Part shown: piece after piece, positions 30,601-39,591 of the stretch
Layout of the letters: each line of letters starts with the position of its first letter
How positions within the stretch are numbered: the stretch's first letter is position 1
IMG/VR virus record: IMGVR_UViG_3300010399_000031
Location: 124,001-188,000 of that record
DNA length: 64,000 bases
Reading direction: 5' to 3' (one strand)
The notes under the pieces: model-generated
What the model saw: only the letters and a program-made list of their open reading frames with translations
Database searches by the model: none
Told to the model about the DNA's origin: nothing
Position numbers and translations under genes: made by a program

Positions 30601-31152
30601 ATGGGTACGGATATGTGGTGTGTCGTCGGTCGGGTAAAACCGAATACCGGCGATAAGGAGCAGGGTACTGAACTCGCGGTGTTCGGCGACAAGAGAGTGT
30701 TGTTCGAGGATCTGGAGTTCTACTCCGGGAAGGAAACCAATCTGTCCCGCAACTACAAACTGTACTATTTCCTCGGGGACAATGATCATTGGTTAAACCC
30801 TGATAATCCTTCTCTATCCATCCTTCCCAATTTGACTGAGCGACAAATTGCAACCGAAGCGTTTATTGCTTGGGTCAATGGGGGGTACGAGAAGTCATCG
30901 ATCCAGTTCAAGAACGAATACGGCAACTACGGTCCGTTCATAGGTAACGATGTTGACGAATGTCTTCACTTCATCGGGGATCGTTGCCATACGTTGCATC
31001 GGGTCGAAGACCTAAGGAAATTTGATTACGATCAGCAAGAACCCATTGAAGGTAAAACGTATCGCGAACTCTTCCCGTCGTGGTGGTTCCAGTTTCTCGA
31101 TTGGTGTAAAGAACAGAAATGGGAGTTTGCGATCTTCGGATTTTCGTTCTAA
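30601..31152 (+). CDS. hypothetical protein
   Basis: AAGGAG RBS, 183 aa. Confidence 0.7.
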   Translation: MGTDMWCVVGRVKPNTGDKEQGTELAVFGDKRVLFEDLEFYSGKETNLSRNYKLYYFLGDNDHWLNPDNPSLSILPNLTERQIATEAFIAWVNGGYEKSSIQFKNEYGNYGPFIGNDVDECLHFIGDRCHTLHRVEDLRKFDYDQQEPIEGKTYRELFPSWWFQFLDWCKEQKWEFAIFGFSF

Positions 31153-31174
31153 CAAAGTTCAACAGGAGTAGAAC

Positions 31175-31570
31175 ATGCCTGCAAAGATCAAGATCGAAAC
31201 GCAAGATGCGGCACTCAGTGCCGCACTTCAGGTTGTCATCGCAGAAGCCATTCAGAGCGCTGGCTTCACCAATACCAAAGTCAAGATCGTCATGGTCTCT
31301 AATGGTGTGGAAGTTCCGGGGCAATTTGCTCGGGTCGCTGACATCAATATTCAAGCAGGCCATGAGCGGGCTTCACCGCGCCGCGAACCACCTGTCTTGG
31401 AAGATTTGCGGTTCGTTGTTCCGCATCCAGAAGGTGGTGCTAAGGAATTCATCAAACCCATGATCGAGAAAAATCCCGATCTCATGGATCGACCGATCGT
31501 ACTGGACGGCTATGCCGATGTTAGCGAAAAGTACGCGGAACAAGAAGTCGCTTTTCTTTACGGGAAATAA
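31175..31570 (+). CDS. hypothetical protein
   Basis: AGGAG RBS, 131 aa. Confidence 0.7.
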   Translation: MPAKIKIETQDAALSAALQVVIAEAIQSAGFTNTKVKIVMVSNGVEVPGQFARVADINIQAGHERASPRREPPVLEDLRFVVPHPEGGAKEFIKPMIEKNPDLMDRPIVLDGYADVSEKYAEQEVAFLYGK

Positions 31571-31579
31571 AGGAACATC

Positions 31580-32329
31580 ATGTCCGAACAAAACTATCTG
31601 AACACGATGCGCGATGTACTGGATAACGGTACATGGCAGAAGAACGACCGCACGGGCGAAATGTGTTGCATGCTCGACGGCGCGATGGCGCGCTTTGACA
31701 TCAGTCAAGCGTTCACGTGTGCGGTGACAACAAAGAAGCTCGCGTGGAAGTCGATCACCGGTGAGTTCTGTGGCTTTCTGCGCGGTGTAACGAGCGCTGC
31801 TGACTTCCGTGCGCTCGGTTCGAAGGTGTGGGACCAGAATGCTAACGAGAACGCCGCATGGCTCGCTAATACCTTCCGTAAAGGTCCTGATGATTTGGGC
31901 GATGTATACGGTGCGCAATGGCGTCGTTGGCCTGCATACAAACATCTCAAAATGGCTGAATTAAATACGACCGTTGCGATTCCGGGTGCTACAGCGCGTC
32001 TTGATGAAGCCTATCGTAATGGCTGGATGATTCTTACACAGCATAAAGTCAACCTTGCGTTTAAAGGTAAGACTGAAGACGGGTTGGATTTTGAGATCAA
32101 AGATGCAATGAATTTTGAACCCGGACAATATCTGGTTCTTACTAAGCAAATCGATCAACTCGGTGACTGCATTCGCAAGCTGATTCTCAATCCGTCTGAT
32201 CGACGAATTCTCTTCCACGGCTGGAACCCAGCCAAGCTCGACGAGATCGCGTTGCCAGCTTGCCACATTTTGTATCAGTTTCTGCCGAATCTTGCAACTC
32301 GTGAATTGAATCTCGCGATGTACATCCGT
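31580..32329 (+). CDS. thyA: thymidylate synthase, exon 1
   Basis: DRTG, VTTKKL, YGAQWR, RRI...WNP...ALPACH; breaks at MYIR. Confidence 0.93.
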
Positions 32330-33425
32330 TAAATCCATGAGCGGCTTCTGCGAGTAATCGCAGTCGAACAACTTCTCTAAAACGGGAAACCCTCATTCGT
32401 GAGACAATCCGTTGCTAACCTGTTACAAACTGCGATCGTCTAACCACTTGGTGTGGACGCCAAGGAAATTACGATGATTGGTGCGTATATCTTGACCCAT
32501 GTGAAATCGAAAATGTTTTATGTGGGTAGCTCGAAAGATGTTGATAAGCGCGTAAAGCTTCATTGGTATTTACTGATGAAGGGCAAACACATTTCAAAGA
32601 CTTTTCAAAAGCTTTGGGATGAATCGCCGAAATTTGATGTTCGGACCATTCGAGCAGAAAGTAGAGACGAAGCGTTTGCCGTTGAACAAGCTTTCATCAC
32701 GGAGAATGAAGATAATCCGAAGATGATAAACATCGGTCGTGGTGTTTATGGGGGCGATAACTTGACCCGCCATCCAGAACGTGCTGCGATTATTGAGAAA
32801 ATAACTTCGTCATGGAGAACACTCATTCGTGAGATGTCTCCGGAAGAACGAAAGATGCGATTTGGACGCGCAGGGGAATTGAATCCCATGTACGGTAAGA
32901 CGCATTCTGACGAAGTTAAAGCCATGCTTTCCGCTATCAATAAGGGAAATCGGTACGCACTTGGCGCAGTAAGAAGTATTGAACAAAGGAAAGCTATTTC
33001 AGATTTCGCAAAAACGAGAACTGGAAAAGCAAATTCGTTTTACGGTCGAACACATTCGGAAGAAACAAAGAGAAAGTTATCTGAGCAATTGAAAGGACGA
33101 CTTCCTCCTACTATCCGGGCTGTATCGATCAATGGTGTTACTTATCCGTCGGTTACAGAAGCTTCGCGAACTATCGGCGTTGTTCCTGCAACCATTCTTT
33201 TTCGGATAAAAAGTAACAATCCTAAGTTCAAAGATTACTTCTACGTAACAGCAATGCCCAACGACTAGCCGAAAGGCGTAGGGTTCAAGCGAACTCGAAA
33301 CGGGAAGGGCCTCAGAAATGAGGTCGTGATATAGTCTGATCTGCATGGCGACATGCAGCGGCTGACAGGTGCCTAAGACTGTCAGCGGGTTACGTCTAGC
33401 GAACGTAACTGAACGCCCCCACATG
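32330..33425 (+). mobile_element. group I intron (IA-like) in thyA
   Basis: exon ends in U and intron ends in G; P1 CCGU/GCGG with U.G; P10 CCATGA/TCATGG; P7 GACTA/TAGTC (CAACGACTAG...GATATAGTC); splicing restores MYIR-SWDTFLGGPFN. Confidence 0.92.
32474..33268 (+). CDS. intron-encoded GIY-YIG homing endonuclease
   Basis: GAY...FYVGSS...R...H; NUMOD3 repeats (MYGKTHSDEVK, FYGRTHSEETK); C-terminal INGVTYPSVTEASR. Confidence 0.9.
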   Translation: MIGAYILTHVKSKMFYVGSSKDVDKRVKLHWYLLMKGKHISKTFQKLWDESPKFDVRTIRAESRDEAFAVEQAFITENEDNPKMINIGRGVYGGDNLTRHPERAAIIEKITSSWRTLIREMSPEERKMRFGRAGELNPMYGKTHSDEVKAMLSAINKGNRYALGAVRSIEQRKAISDFAKTRTGKANSFYGRTHSEETKRKLSEQLKGRLPPTIRAVSINGVTYPSVTEASRTIGVVPATILFRIKSNNPKFKDYFYVTAMPND

Positions 33426-33839
33426 TCATGGGATACTTTTTTAGGTGGCCCCTTCAACATCGCGGAAGGTGGTTTACTGCTCGAACTGGTCTCGCGACTG
33501 ACAGGCTTTAAGCCCAAGCGAGTGACGATCTTCTCGGGCGATACCCACGTGTACGAAAATCATCTACCCATGGTCGAGGAACAGCTGAGTCGTACCCCGC
33601 TTGGTCCGCCTCAACTGGACATCAATGATCGTATTCCGTACTTCAACACTGCACTCACTCGCTTCAAAGACGAGCGCGGCGAAGAATTGCACGATCTCGA
33701 TCCGTTGGAATTTGACAAACGGGCGCGCGAACATGCAGTCTCGGTTGCAATTGATTGGCTCTCGATGGTCGAACCGACGGATTTCACGCTGGATGGATAT
33801 TTCCATCACCCCGAACTGAAGGCACCCATGGCTGTCTAA
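33426..33839 (+). CDS. thyA: thymidylate synthase, exon 2
   Basis: SWDTFLGGPFNIA, GDTHVYENH, C-terminal APMAV. Confidence 0.93.
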   Translation, partial: SWDTFLGGPFNIAEGGLLLELVSRLTGFKPKRVTIFSGDTHVYENHLPMVEEQLSRTPLGPPQLDINDRIPYFNTALTRFKDERGEELHDLDPLEFDKRAREHAVSVAIDWLSMVEPTDFTLDGYFHHPELKAPMAV

Positions 33840-33976
33840 TCAAGGAGAATATCATGGTCGTAATCGCAAGCGGTGTAAAGCAAGGTATTAAATAATCACT
33901 GCACAACCTATCGTGTGGAAGAGTTGCGTTTTCCACACGTAAAGAAACGTCTGTCAGGAAGTAATGCAAGGAGACC

Positions 33977-34228
33977 GTGATGTCAGCAGCCATAGCGGAT
34001 TATTCTGCTACTCTGTTGTTGGTTCACCAGAAGTTATTCAAGGGAATGTTTTCAGCAACCGAGCGTGCTAGTATATACTCGGATGCTAAAGAACTTCTCT
34101 TTAACAACAAGGTTCCACCCGTGGACTCCAAGCTTTGCGCAAAGACGCACGTTGAACTGGAATCGAGGTATCCGGAGCTTACCTCCTACCTCATCACTGG
34201 TAAGTTGACGTCAGTTCGTTGGTGTTAA
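33977..34228 (+). CDS. hypothetical protein
   Basis: AAGGAG RBS, 83 aa. Confidence 0.55.
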   Translation: MMSAAIADYSATLLLVHQKLFKGMFSATERASIYSDAKELLFNNKVPPVDSKLCAKTHVELESRYPELTSYLITGKLTSVRWC

Positions 34229-34240
34229 GTCACCCTTTGT

Positions 34241-34260
34241 GGGAGAGCTTCGGCTCTCCC
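34241..34260. terminator. GC hairpin GGGAGAGC-TTCG-GCTCTCCC (copy 1)
   Basis: 8-bp stem, UUCG loop; identical at 35808. Confidence 0.65.
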
Positions 34261-34393
34261 AAATATGTCACCATTAATTTTTTTTAGCCTATACAAGCAT
34301 CCTTTGGCGGGTAATCTAAAAACACGAAGCGTTTGAAAGCGAAACGACATCAAGGTAATTTCCGAGAAATAAACATCCTTAGAAAGTGATCCA

Positions 34394-34957
34394 ATGAAAC
34401 CGAAGATCGCCGTCATCGAAGCTAAGCAATCTCGCGCTAAGCAATCGCTCAATTACATTCGGGGTTACACAGAAGAACCCAATGAAGGAGTGCGTAAAGC
34501 TGTTCGATGCTTTTTAGAGAAACAACAAATCCTTAAGCGACGTATTCTGTTAAACGATACGTGGCCCACAAAGACAACGATTCGCACCCCTTTTAAGGGG
34601 ATGTTTAATCTGAATCATCATTTTTACTACGGTACTGCCGAGAACTTCATTCGTTGGAAGGACTTCTGTAGTAAAGAAGAGCGCATCATCGGGGTGGCGT
34701 GTCACGATGAGTTGGATAACCTCATCTGGTATTCACCCCCGCCTGCAAGACATGGAAACCTGGTGGCAATCATCAACGAGTACACTAGCGATCGATGGCA
34801 TAAAGCCAAAATCGTGCAAGGCTTTCTCACCTCGCACGGGCGCTTTCTTAATCGAGAGCAAGCCTTGATCGTTGCACTGCTGCAAAACCAACTCATTAGA
34901 AAAACACCACCTGAGAATCGACTCTTTTCTGAAGACCTATTTGTAGGGTGCATTTGA
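34394..34957 (+). CDS. phage protein with conserved RH...QGF.T..GRF..RE.A...LFSEDL domain
   Basis: widespread phage motif of unknown function in C-terminal half. Confidence 0.65.
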   Translation: MKPKIAVIEAKQSRAKQSLNYIRGYTEEPNEGVRKAVRCFLEKQQILKRRILLNDTWPTKTTIRTPFKGMFNLNHHFYYGTAENFIRWKDFCSKEERIIGVACHDELDNLIWYSPPPARHGNLVAIINEYTSDRWHKAKIVQGFLTSHGRFLNREQALIVALLQNQLIRKTPPENRLFSEDLFVGCI

Positions 34958-35034
34958 GCCTCATGGAAATTGATAGGTGGTAATGGTGTGTATCGTTGCC
35001 ACCTATTTGAACCACCCCCCTATTGAGGACACTC

Positions 35035-35358
35035 ATGAGCACACCGATCAACAACGAGACACTGGATCAGATGTATCAGGATGCAACCGCCCAGTGTCAG
35101 GCGGTATGGAAGGCGATTGACAATGCGCGCAAAGCGGGTTGTCAGATCTACGTGGAGATTCACCCCGACCGCGTGATCGTGCAGTCGCTTAAAGCCATGC
35201 AGCGGGTGTGGATTGACGCTGCATCAGCGGTGGACTATTCCAGCTGGATTCCTTCGACCGTACCGAGTGAAGGGGAGATCGATCCCGATAGCGGTGGCAC
35301 GCCGTTGCAATTGAATTTGGCCCGACCACGGATTGTGCCGACGGTCAATGACGACTAG
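35035..35358 (+). CDS. hypothetical protein
   Basis: GAGGA RBS. Confidence 0.65.
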   Translation: MSTPINNETLDQMYQDATAQCQAVWKAIDNARKAGCQIYVEIHPDRVIVQSLKAMQRVWIDAASAVDYSSWIPSTVPSEGEIDPDSGGTPLQLNLARPRIVPTVNDD

Positions 35359-35381
35359 CTTTTATGTACACGGAGTATTAG

Positions 35382-35738
35382 ATGACGACGGATAAAATCA
35401 CCGAGTTCGAAAAGATTGTAAAGCAGCAAAGCTTTGACCATTCGAATGATGTCTACAGAGCATTCGAAGTGTTACTGGAGAAAGCACAGAGTGCTGGATT
35501 TGCAGTCGATGTATTCGAAGATGCGGGTCAGACTTGTATTCGCGTGGTCAAACAAGGTGAAGTGCGCATCGCGGCTTCTTTGCCAGGTGTGACCAAGAGT
35601 TTACTTTTTGCACAACAGGTGGAAACGTACCTTAACAAACACATCGAAATTGCACGCCGACAAGGGTTCCCTATTACGTTTCGTGTTTTGGCCGATGGTA
35701 CAGCCGAAGCAGCAGTTTTGAAACTCGGATCAAATTAG
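35382..35738 (+). CDS. hypothetical protein
   Basis: GGAG RBS, 118 aa. Confidence 0.65.
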   Translation: MTTDKITEFEKIVKQQSFDHSNDVYRAFEVLLEKAQSAGFAVDVFEDAGQTCIRVVKQGEVRIAASLPGVTKSLLFAQQVETYLNKHIEIARRQGFPITFRVLADGTAEAAVLKLGSN

Positions 35739-35807
35739 GATGCTCCAATCCCCTACCTTGCATTGGGTCTCTTCTCATGCCTCGGAAAAAGGTAGGGGAT
35801 TTTTAGA

Positions 35808-35837
35808 GGGAGAGCTTCGGCTCTCCCTTATTTTTTC
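35808..35837 (+). terminator. terminator GGGAGAGC-TTCG-GCTCTCCC (copy 2)
   Basis: hairpin plus T-rich tail. Confidence 0.75.
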
Positions 35838-35861
35838 TCAATTAGAGTAAAAGGATAAAAC

Positions 35862-36596
35862 ATGAACGACATGAAAGTGCGTGAAATCGCTAAGAAGAAC
35901 TTCGAAGATGCTTTGAAGATGCTTCAAGAACAAGCCAAGCTCGCTGGCTTTCGTATCGAAGCGAGTGTGAACGACCCGATGGAAGACGCGGTTGCCGATG
36001 GCCCGATGCTCATCGACGCCAAAGCGATCTTACTTGACACCTTGCATGGCAACGTCATGTTGGCTCATTCGCTTGGCTATAACGTACGGGTCGATCATCG
36101 AATCGACCCTCTCTCACCGAGAGACCCGATCATCGGGATCGATGTGTGGGCCAAGCGTAACGAAGACGGTGGTTACGATGAAGATGTTCAAGAAGAAAAA
36201 GTGGTGAAGCCTGCCGTCCTCCCGATCGAGAACTACATGCCGGAGCGAGCCATCACGGAAGGTTTCCAGAAGATGAACTACGCTATTTCGGATTCCACCG
36301 ATACACAGGCGTTTTATCCGGCATGGCAGTTTGTCGATCCGGTTCCGAATCTGATCCCGGAAGTCATGAAGGTCTTCGCAAGTAACGAACATTACAAGTC
36401 TCGGATGCATGCTTTTTTCGTGACACAACTCGATCAACTGAACGAACTCAGTCCGGCTGAAGTTTTAGCGGGTATGGTATTCGCAACCCGTAAAGATATT
36501 CATTCTTCCCAGCAACGCTTCCTCGACTACCCGGTGGACACGCGTCTAAAGATAGTGATGCATCAGGCGAGGATGTTTGTCAATCCCGAGATGTGA
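35862..36596 (+). CDS. hypothetical protein
   Basis: AAGGA RBS, 244 aa. Confidence 0.7.
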   Translation: MNDMKVREIAKKNFEDALKMLQEQAKLAGFRIEASVNDPMEDAVADGPMLIDAKAILLDTLHGNVMLAHSLGYNVRVDHRIDPLSPRDPIIGIDVWAKRNEDGGYDEDVQEEKVVKPAVLPIENYMPERAITEGFQKMNYAISDSTDTQAFYPAWQFVDPVPNLIPEVMKVFASNEHYKSRMHAFFVTQLDQLNELSPAEVLAGMVFATRKDIHSSQQRFLDYPVDTRLKIVMHQARMFVNPEM

Positions 36597-36605
36597 GGAG
36601 AAGCG

Positions 36606-36794
36606 ATGCACTACCAAGATTCAGCCTACTTGATGGGAGCGAAAGCATTTCTAGAGGGTATTCCTAAGGCGGAGAACCCTTTTCCGCACACCAGCACAGT
36701 CTATTTACATTGGTCTTTAGGTTGGTGTGCGGCCAGGCGCTATCACAACCGATACGCGAATAGGTCGAATCAATGTTCCCACAATTCACTTTAG
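36606..36794 (+). CDS. small protein, Rmf-like aromatic motif
   Basis: AY..GA.AF..G.....NPF......W..GW. Confidence 0.4.
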   Translation: MHYQDSAYLMGAKAFLEGIPKAENPFPHTSTVYLHWSLGWCAARRYHNRYANRSNQCSHNSL

Positions 36795-36803
36795 GAGAAA
36801 CGC

Positions 36804-37337
36804 ATGCGTGTGGTCGGGAACGTCACAGCCTACTACTCCAAGCATGATTTTCCTAGTCATCATTTTCTGTGTGACTTTACCGTTCGAGGAGTGCACTTCA
36901 CCTCGATGGAGCAGATGATGATGTATAGCAAAGCGATGCTCTTTAAGGATAAGAAAAACGCTAAGCGCATCTTGGAGACAAACATCTGTCAAGCCCAGAA
37001 AATGATTGGCCGAGACGTCACTCCCTTTGTTCAACAAGAGTGGGATGAAAAGTGTGAGAACATCGTCTACATCGGTAACAAAGAGAAGTATCGGCAAAAT
37101 CCGACGCTGCTTAAGTTACTGATGATGACAGGTGAGACCATCTTAGCGGAGGCTACTAAGAGGGATTTGATCTGGGGATGTGGGGTCGATGAAGATGATG
37201 ATCGAGTCGCAGACCCATCACTTTGGACTGGGCAAAACAAACACGGTAAAGTCCAAATGCGAGTGCGTGAATACTTCCAGAACCACCCAGAGTTTGTTTT
37301 ACCGACCAAAACACTTGCCACATTCACCGGGGATTAG
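36804..37337 (+). CDS. NADAR (YbiA-like) hydrolase
   Basis: SMEQMMMYSKA.LF.D, QKMIGR, KYRQNP.L..LL..TG...LAEA...D.IWG.G, GQN..G. Confidence 0.9.
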   Translation: MRVVGNVTAYYSKHDFPSHHFLCDFTVRGVHFTSMEQMMMYSKAMLFKDKKNAKRILETNICQAQKMIGRDVTPFVQQEWDEKCENIVYIGNKEKYRQNPTLLKLLMMTGETILAEATKRDLIWGCGVDEDDDRVADPSLWTGQNKHGKVQMRVREYFQNHPEFVLPTKTLATFTGD

Positions 37338-37363
37338 GCAAGTTCATTTCAGAAGAAAAAACC

Positions 37364-37684
37364 ATGATCAGACCGTATGAAGTGGTCGAACAGTATTTGA
37401 CCAAGGTCTTCCCTAATCAACCAAGCTGCTCAGAGATTGCATCCAGTTTGGGCCGGGAGACCAAATGGGTTAGCATGCAACTTTTCGTGCTAAAGAAAAC
37501 GGGAGTGGCGCGGGTGAAGGGGCGTGCGCAATGGGCGAAGTGGAGATTGACGGGTCGCAACTACGAAGACAAAGATGCGTTTAATAAATCCAACTGCGAC
37601 GACCCTTCTGGTCCGTACGCTATTTTATCGGCCATGCAAACGGTGGCGCGTGATCGCTTACTGAACGGAACGTACCATGACTGA
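37364..37684 (+). CDS. winged-HTH DNA-binding protein
   Basis: SEIASSLG...VSMQLFVLKKTGVA. Confidence 0.55.
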   Translation: MIRPYEVVEQYLTKVFPNQPSCSEIASSLGRETKWVSMQLFVLKKTGVARVKGRAQWAKWRLTGRNYEDKDAFNKSNCDDPSGPYAILSAMQTVARDRLLNGTYHD

Positions 37685-38480
37685 AGAGACAAAACCAACG
37701 CGTCTTTATTGCAAGGGCTGTGCGACGATGCGTAAAGTCACCCCTTGCTTTAAATGCGGTAGCGAGTGCATCATTCCATGCGATGAGTGGGAGGAGCCCG
37801 CGCTGCCGGATGTAGAGATGATTCGCGCCGCAGCCAAAGAAATTGGCTACGCGCTTGCAGTGCATGGTTCACTTGAACGCGACTTGGATGTAGTAGCCAT
37901 CCCCTGGACACAAGAGGCGCTTAAGTACAACTATCGCGAGGTGATGGAGCATATCGCCAAAGCGATTAATGGGCGAATGATCGATGCGGAGTATAAACCC
38001 TTCGGTCGACGCGCCACCACTATCCAAGTGCACGGATGGTACAAAGATGTTGATCTATCGGTGTGTCCGATGGTGATCGATGAGAGGGCAAAGACACCGG
38101 GTAAGATCGAGCGGCTTTTCGAAGGCTTTCAGCGTCAAGTGATTTATTGGTTCACGACGTGCTTTTCGAAAGACGATCTCGACGATGGCGAGGAGCGCGG
38201 ACTAAGATTTGCCGAGGAAGCGATTGAGGCTTCTCAAGCAGGAGACGTCCCAGAAGAGAAGATGCACGAACTCGTACGACACGTCTACAGTCGCCCCAAG
38301 GGAGAGTTCAAACAAGAAGTCGGCGGGGTACTCACAACCCTAGCAGTGTGGTGTACCAATAAAAAGGTTGACCTTATCGAGTGCGGGTTCGATGAATTGG
38401 TCCGTATCTGGACTAAGATCCCGCTTATTCGAGAAAAACAAAAAGCCAAGATTCACGCAAGTAAAGAGGAATCCAAATGA
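37677..38480 (+). CDS. Zn-ribbon plus MazG-like NTP pyrophosphohydrolase domain protein
   Basis: CxxC...CxxC; ERGLRFAEEAIE...YSRPKGEFKQEVGGV. Confidence 0.55.
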   Translation: MTEETKPTRLYCKGCATMRKVTPCFKCGSECIIPCDEWEEPALPDVEMIRAAAKEIGYALAVHGSLERDLDVVAIPWTQEALKYNYREVMEHIAKAINGRMIDAEYKPFGRRATTIQVHGWYKDVDLSVCPMVIDERAKTPGKIERLFEGFQRQVIYWFTTCFSKDDLDDGEERGLRFAEEAIEASQAGDVPEEKMHELVRHVYSRPKGEFKQEVGGVLTTLAVWCTNKKVDLIECGFDELVRIWTKIPLIREKQKAKIHASKEESK

Positions 38481-39454
38481 ACGAACAGTATTTGATTTGC
38501 TTTCACACTTCATGCATCGACGGATTTGCATCGGCGTGGTGTGTCTATGATGCACTGAATAAGGAAGGAGTAAAAGACGAGGACATGGAGTTCATCCCGT
38601 GCGACTATGGCGACCCCATCCCCGATATGACGGGTAAGGTTGTCTACATTGCCGACTTCTCCTGGTACGACGTGGATGCGTTGTTGACTGAAGTGACCAA
38701 AGCCGAACGGGTGGTCATGATCGATCACCATATCGGTGCACAAAAGGTATGGGCAGAAGTCAAACTTCCGAAGAACATGCTTTACGTTTATTCAGATAAA
38801 GAATCAGGAATTGGCTTGACGTGGGATTATTTCCATTCTGGTCAACCCATGCCGCTTATTCTTTCCCACATCCAGGACCGAGATTTGTGGAAGTGGAGTA
38901 TCACTGGTTCACCCCAGGTACATGCAGTGCTCAAATCCGAAGGTTTTATGTCTCGCGAGAAGGATCAAAGAAAACTGCGAGAAAAGTTCCTCCGATTCTC
39001 AAAGTATGCATTCATGTGGAAAGACGAGGAAATCACGAGACTACTTGCTTTCGGTGTGGTGATCGAACGCGCGGAATCGGCTTTAATCGATTTGATTTTG
39101 GAGCGAACTTCAACTTTCGTGGATTTTCCGACGTATAAGGATGATCCCAATCACCCTGGCAATTATCTCCTCGATGCAACTTATCGAGTCCCGGTTGCAG
39201 AGGTACCGTACGACCTCGCATCAGAAGCAGGAGATAAACTTAACCAAGGCTATCCGTTCTCTGTAACTTATGAGACCCAGTGGGCATTGGGTCGGCGTAA
39301 GTTCTCGATTCGCAGTAATAAGGAGACAGGGATCGATGTGGTTGAGATTGCAAAACAACAAGGTGGCGCCGGCCACAAGCATGCCGCTGGGTGGATCGAA
39401 CCGATTATCGGGTCCGATGACTTCCCGTGGAACTTCGTCAAAAAATTCACCTAA
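38477..39454 (+). CDS. DHH/DHHA1 phosphoesterase
   Basis: H..C.DG, ADFS, IDHH, DRDLW, GAGHKHAAG. Confidence 0.85.
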   Translation: MNEQYLICFHTSCIDGFASAWCVYDALNKEGVKDEDMEFIPCDYGDPIPDMTGKVVYIADFSWYDVDALLTEVTKAERVVMIDHHIGAQKVWAEVKLPKNMLYVYSDKESGIGLTWDYFHSGQPMPLILSHIQDRDLWKWSITGSPQVHAVLKSEGFMSREKDQRKLREKFLRFSKYAFMWKDEEITRLLAFGVVIERAESALIDLILERTSTFVDFPTYKDDPNHPGNYLLDATYRVPVAEVPYDLASEAGDKLNQGYPFSVTYETQWALGRRKFSIRSNKETGIDVVEIAKQQGGAGHKHAAGWIEPIIGSDDFPWNFVKKFT

Positions 39455-39552
39455 GTGTTGCCAGTCTTGTGGGTATTGGGTCTTAAGAGGTGAGGAGTAC
39501 TGTGGAAGATGTGGTCGTCCTTTTCCACTAGGTCATCGCCACGAATAAAATC

Positions 39553-39577
39553 GGGGAGCCACTGGCTCCCCCCTTTA
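39553..39577 (+). terminator. rho-independent terminator
   Basis: GGGGAGCC-act-GGCTCCCC. Confidence 0.65.
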
Positions 39578-39591
39578 TATCGGCGCATTTT

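Noticed and set aside
33369-33425. ORF-track start of the 156-aa thyA C-terminal ORF
   Set aside because: This part is intron P9 sequence; the real exon begins at 33426
31580-33839. dCMP hydroxymethylase or modified-base enzyme instead of ThyA
   Set aside because: Retains Asn in PFN (dUMP specificity) and standard TS motifs
39417-39548. Zn-ribbon micro-ORF (CQSCG...CGRCG) after the DHH gene
   Set aside because: No convincing start or RBS outside the overlapping gene
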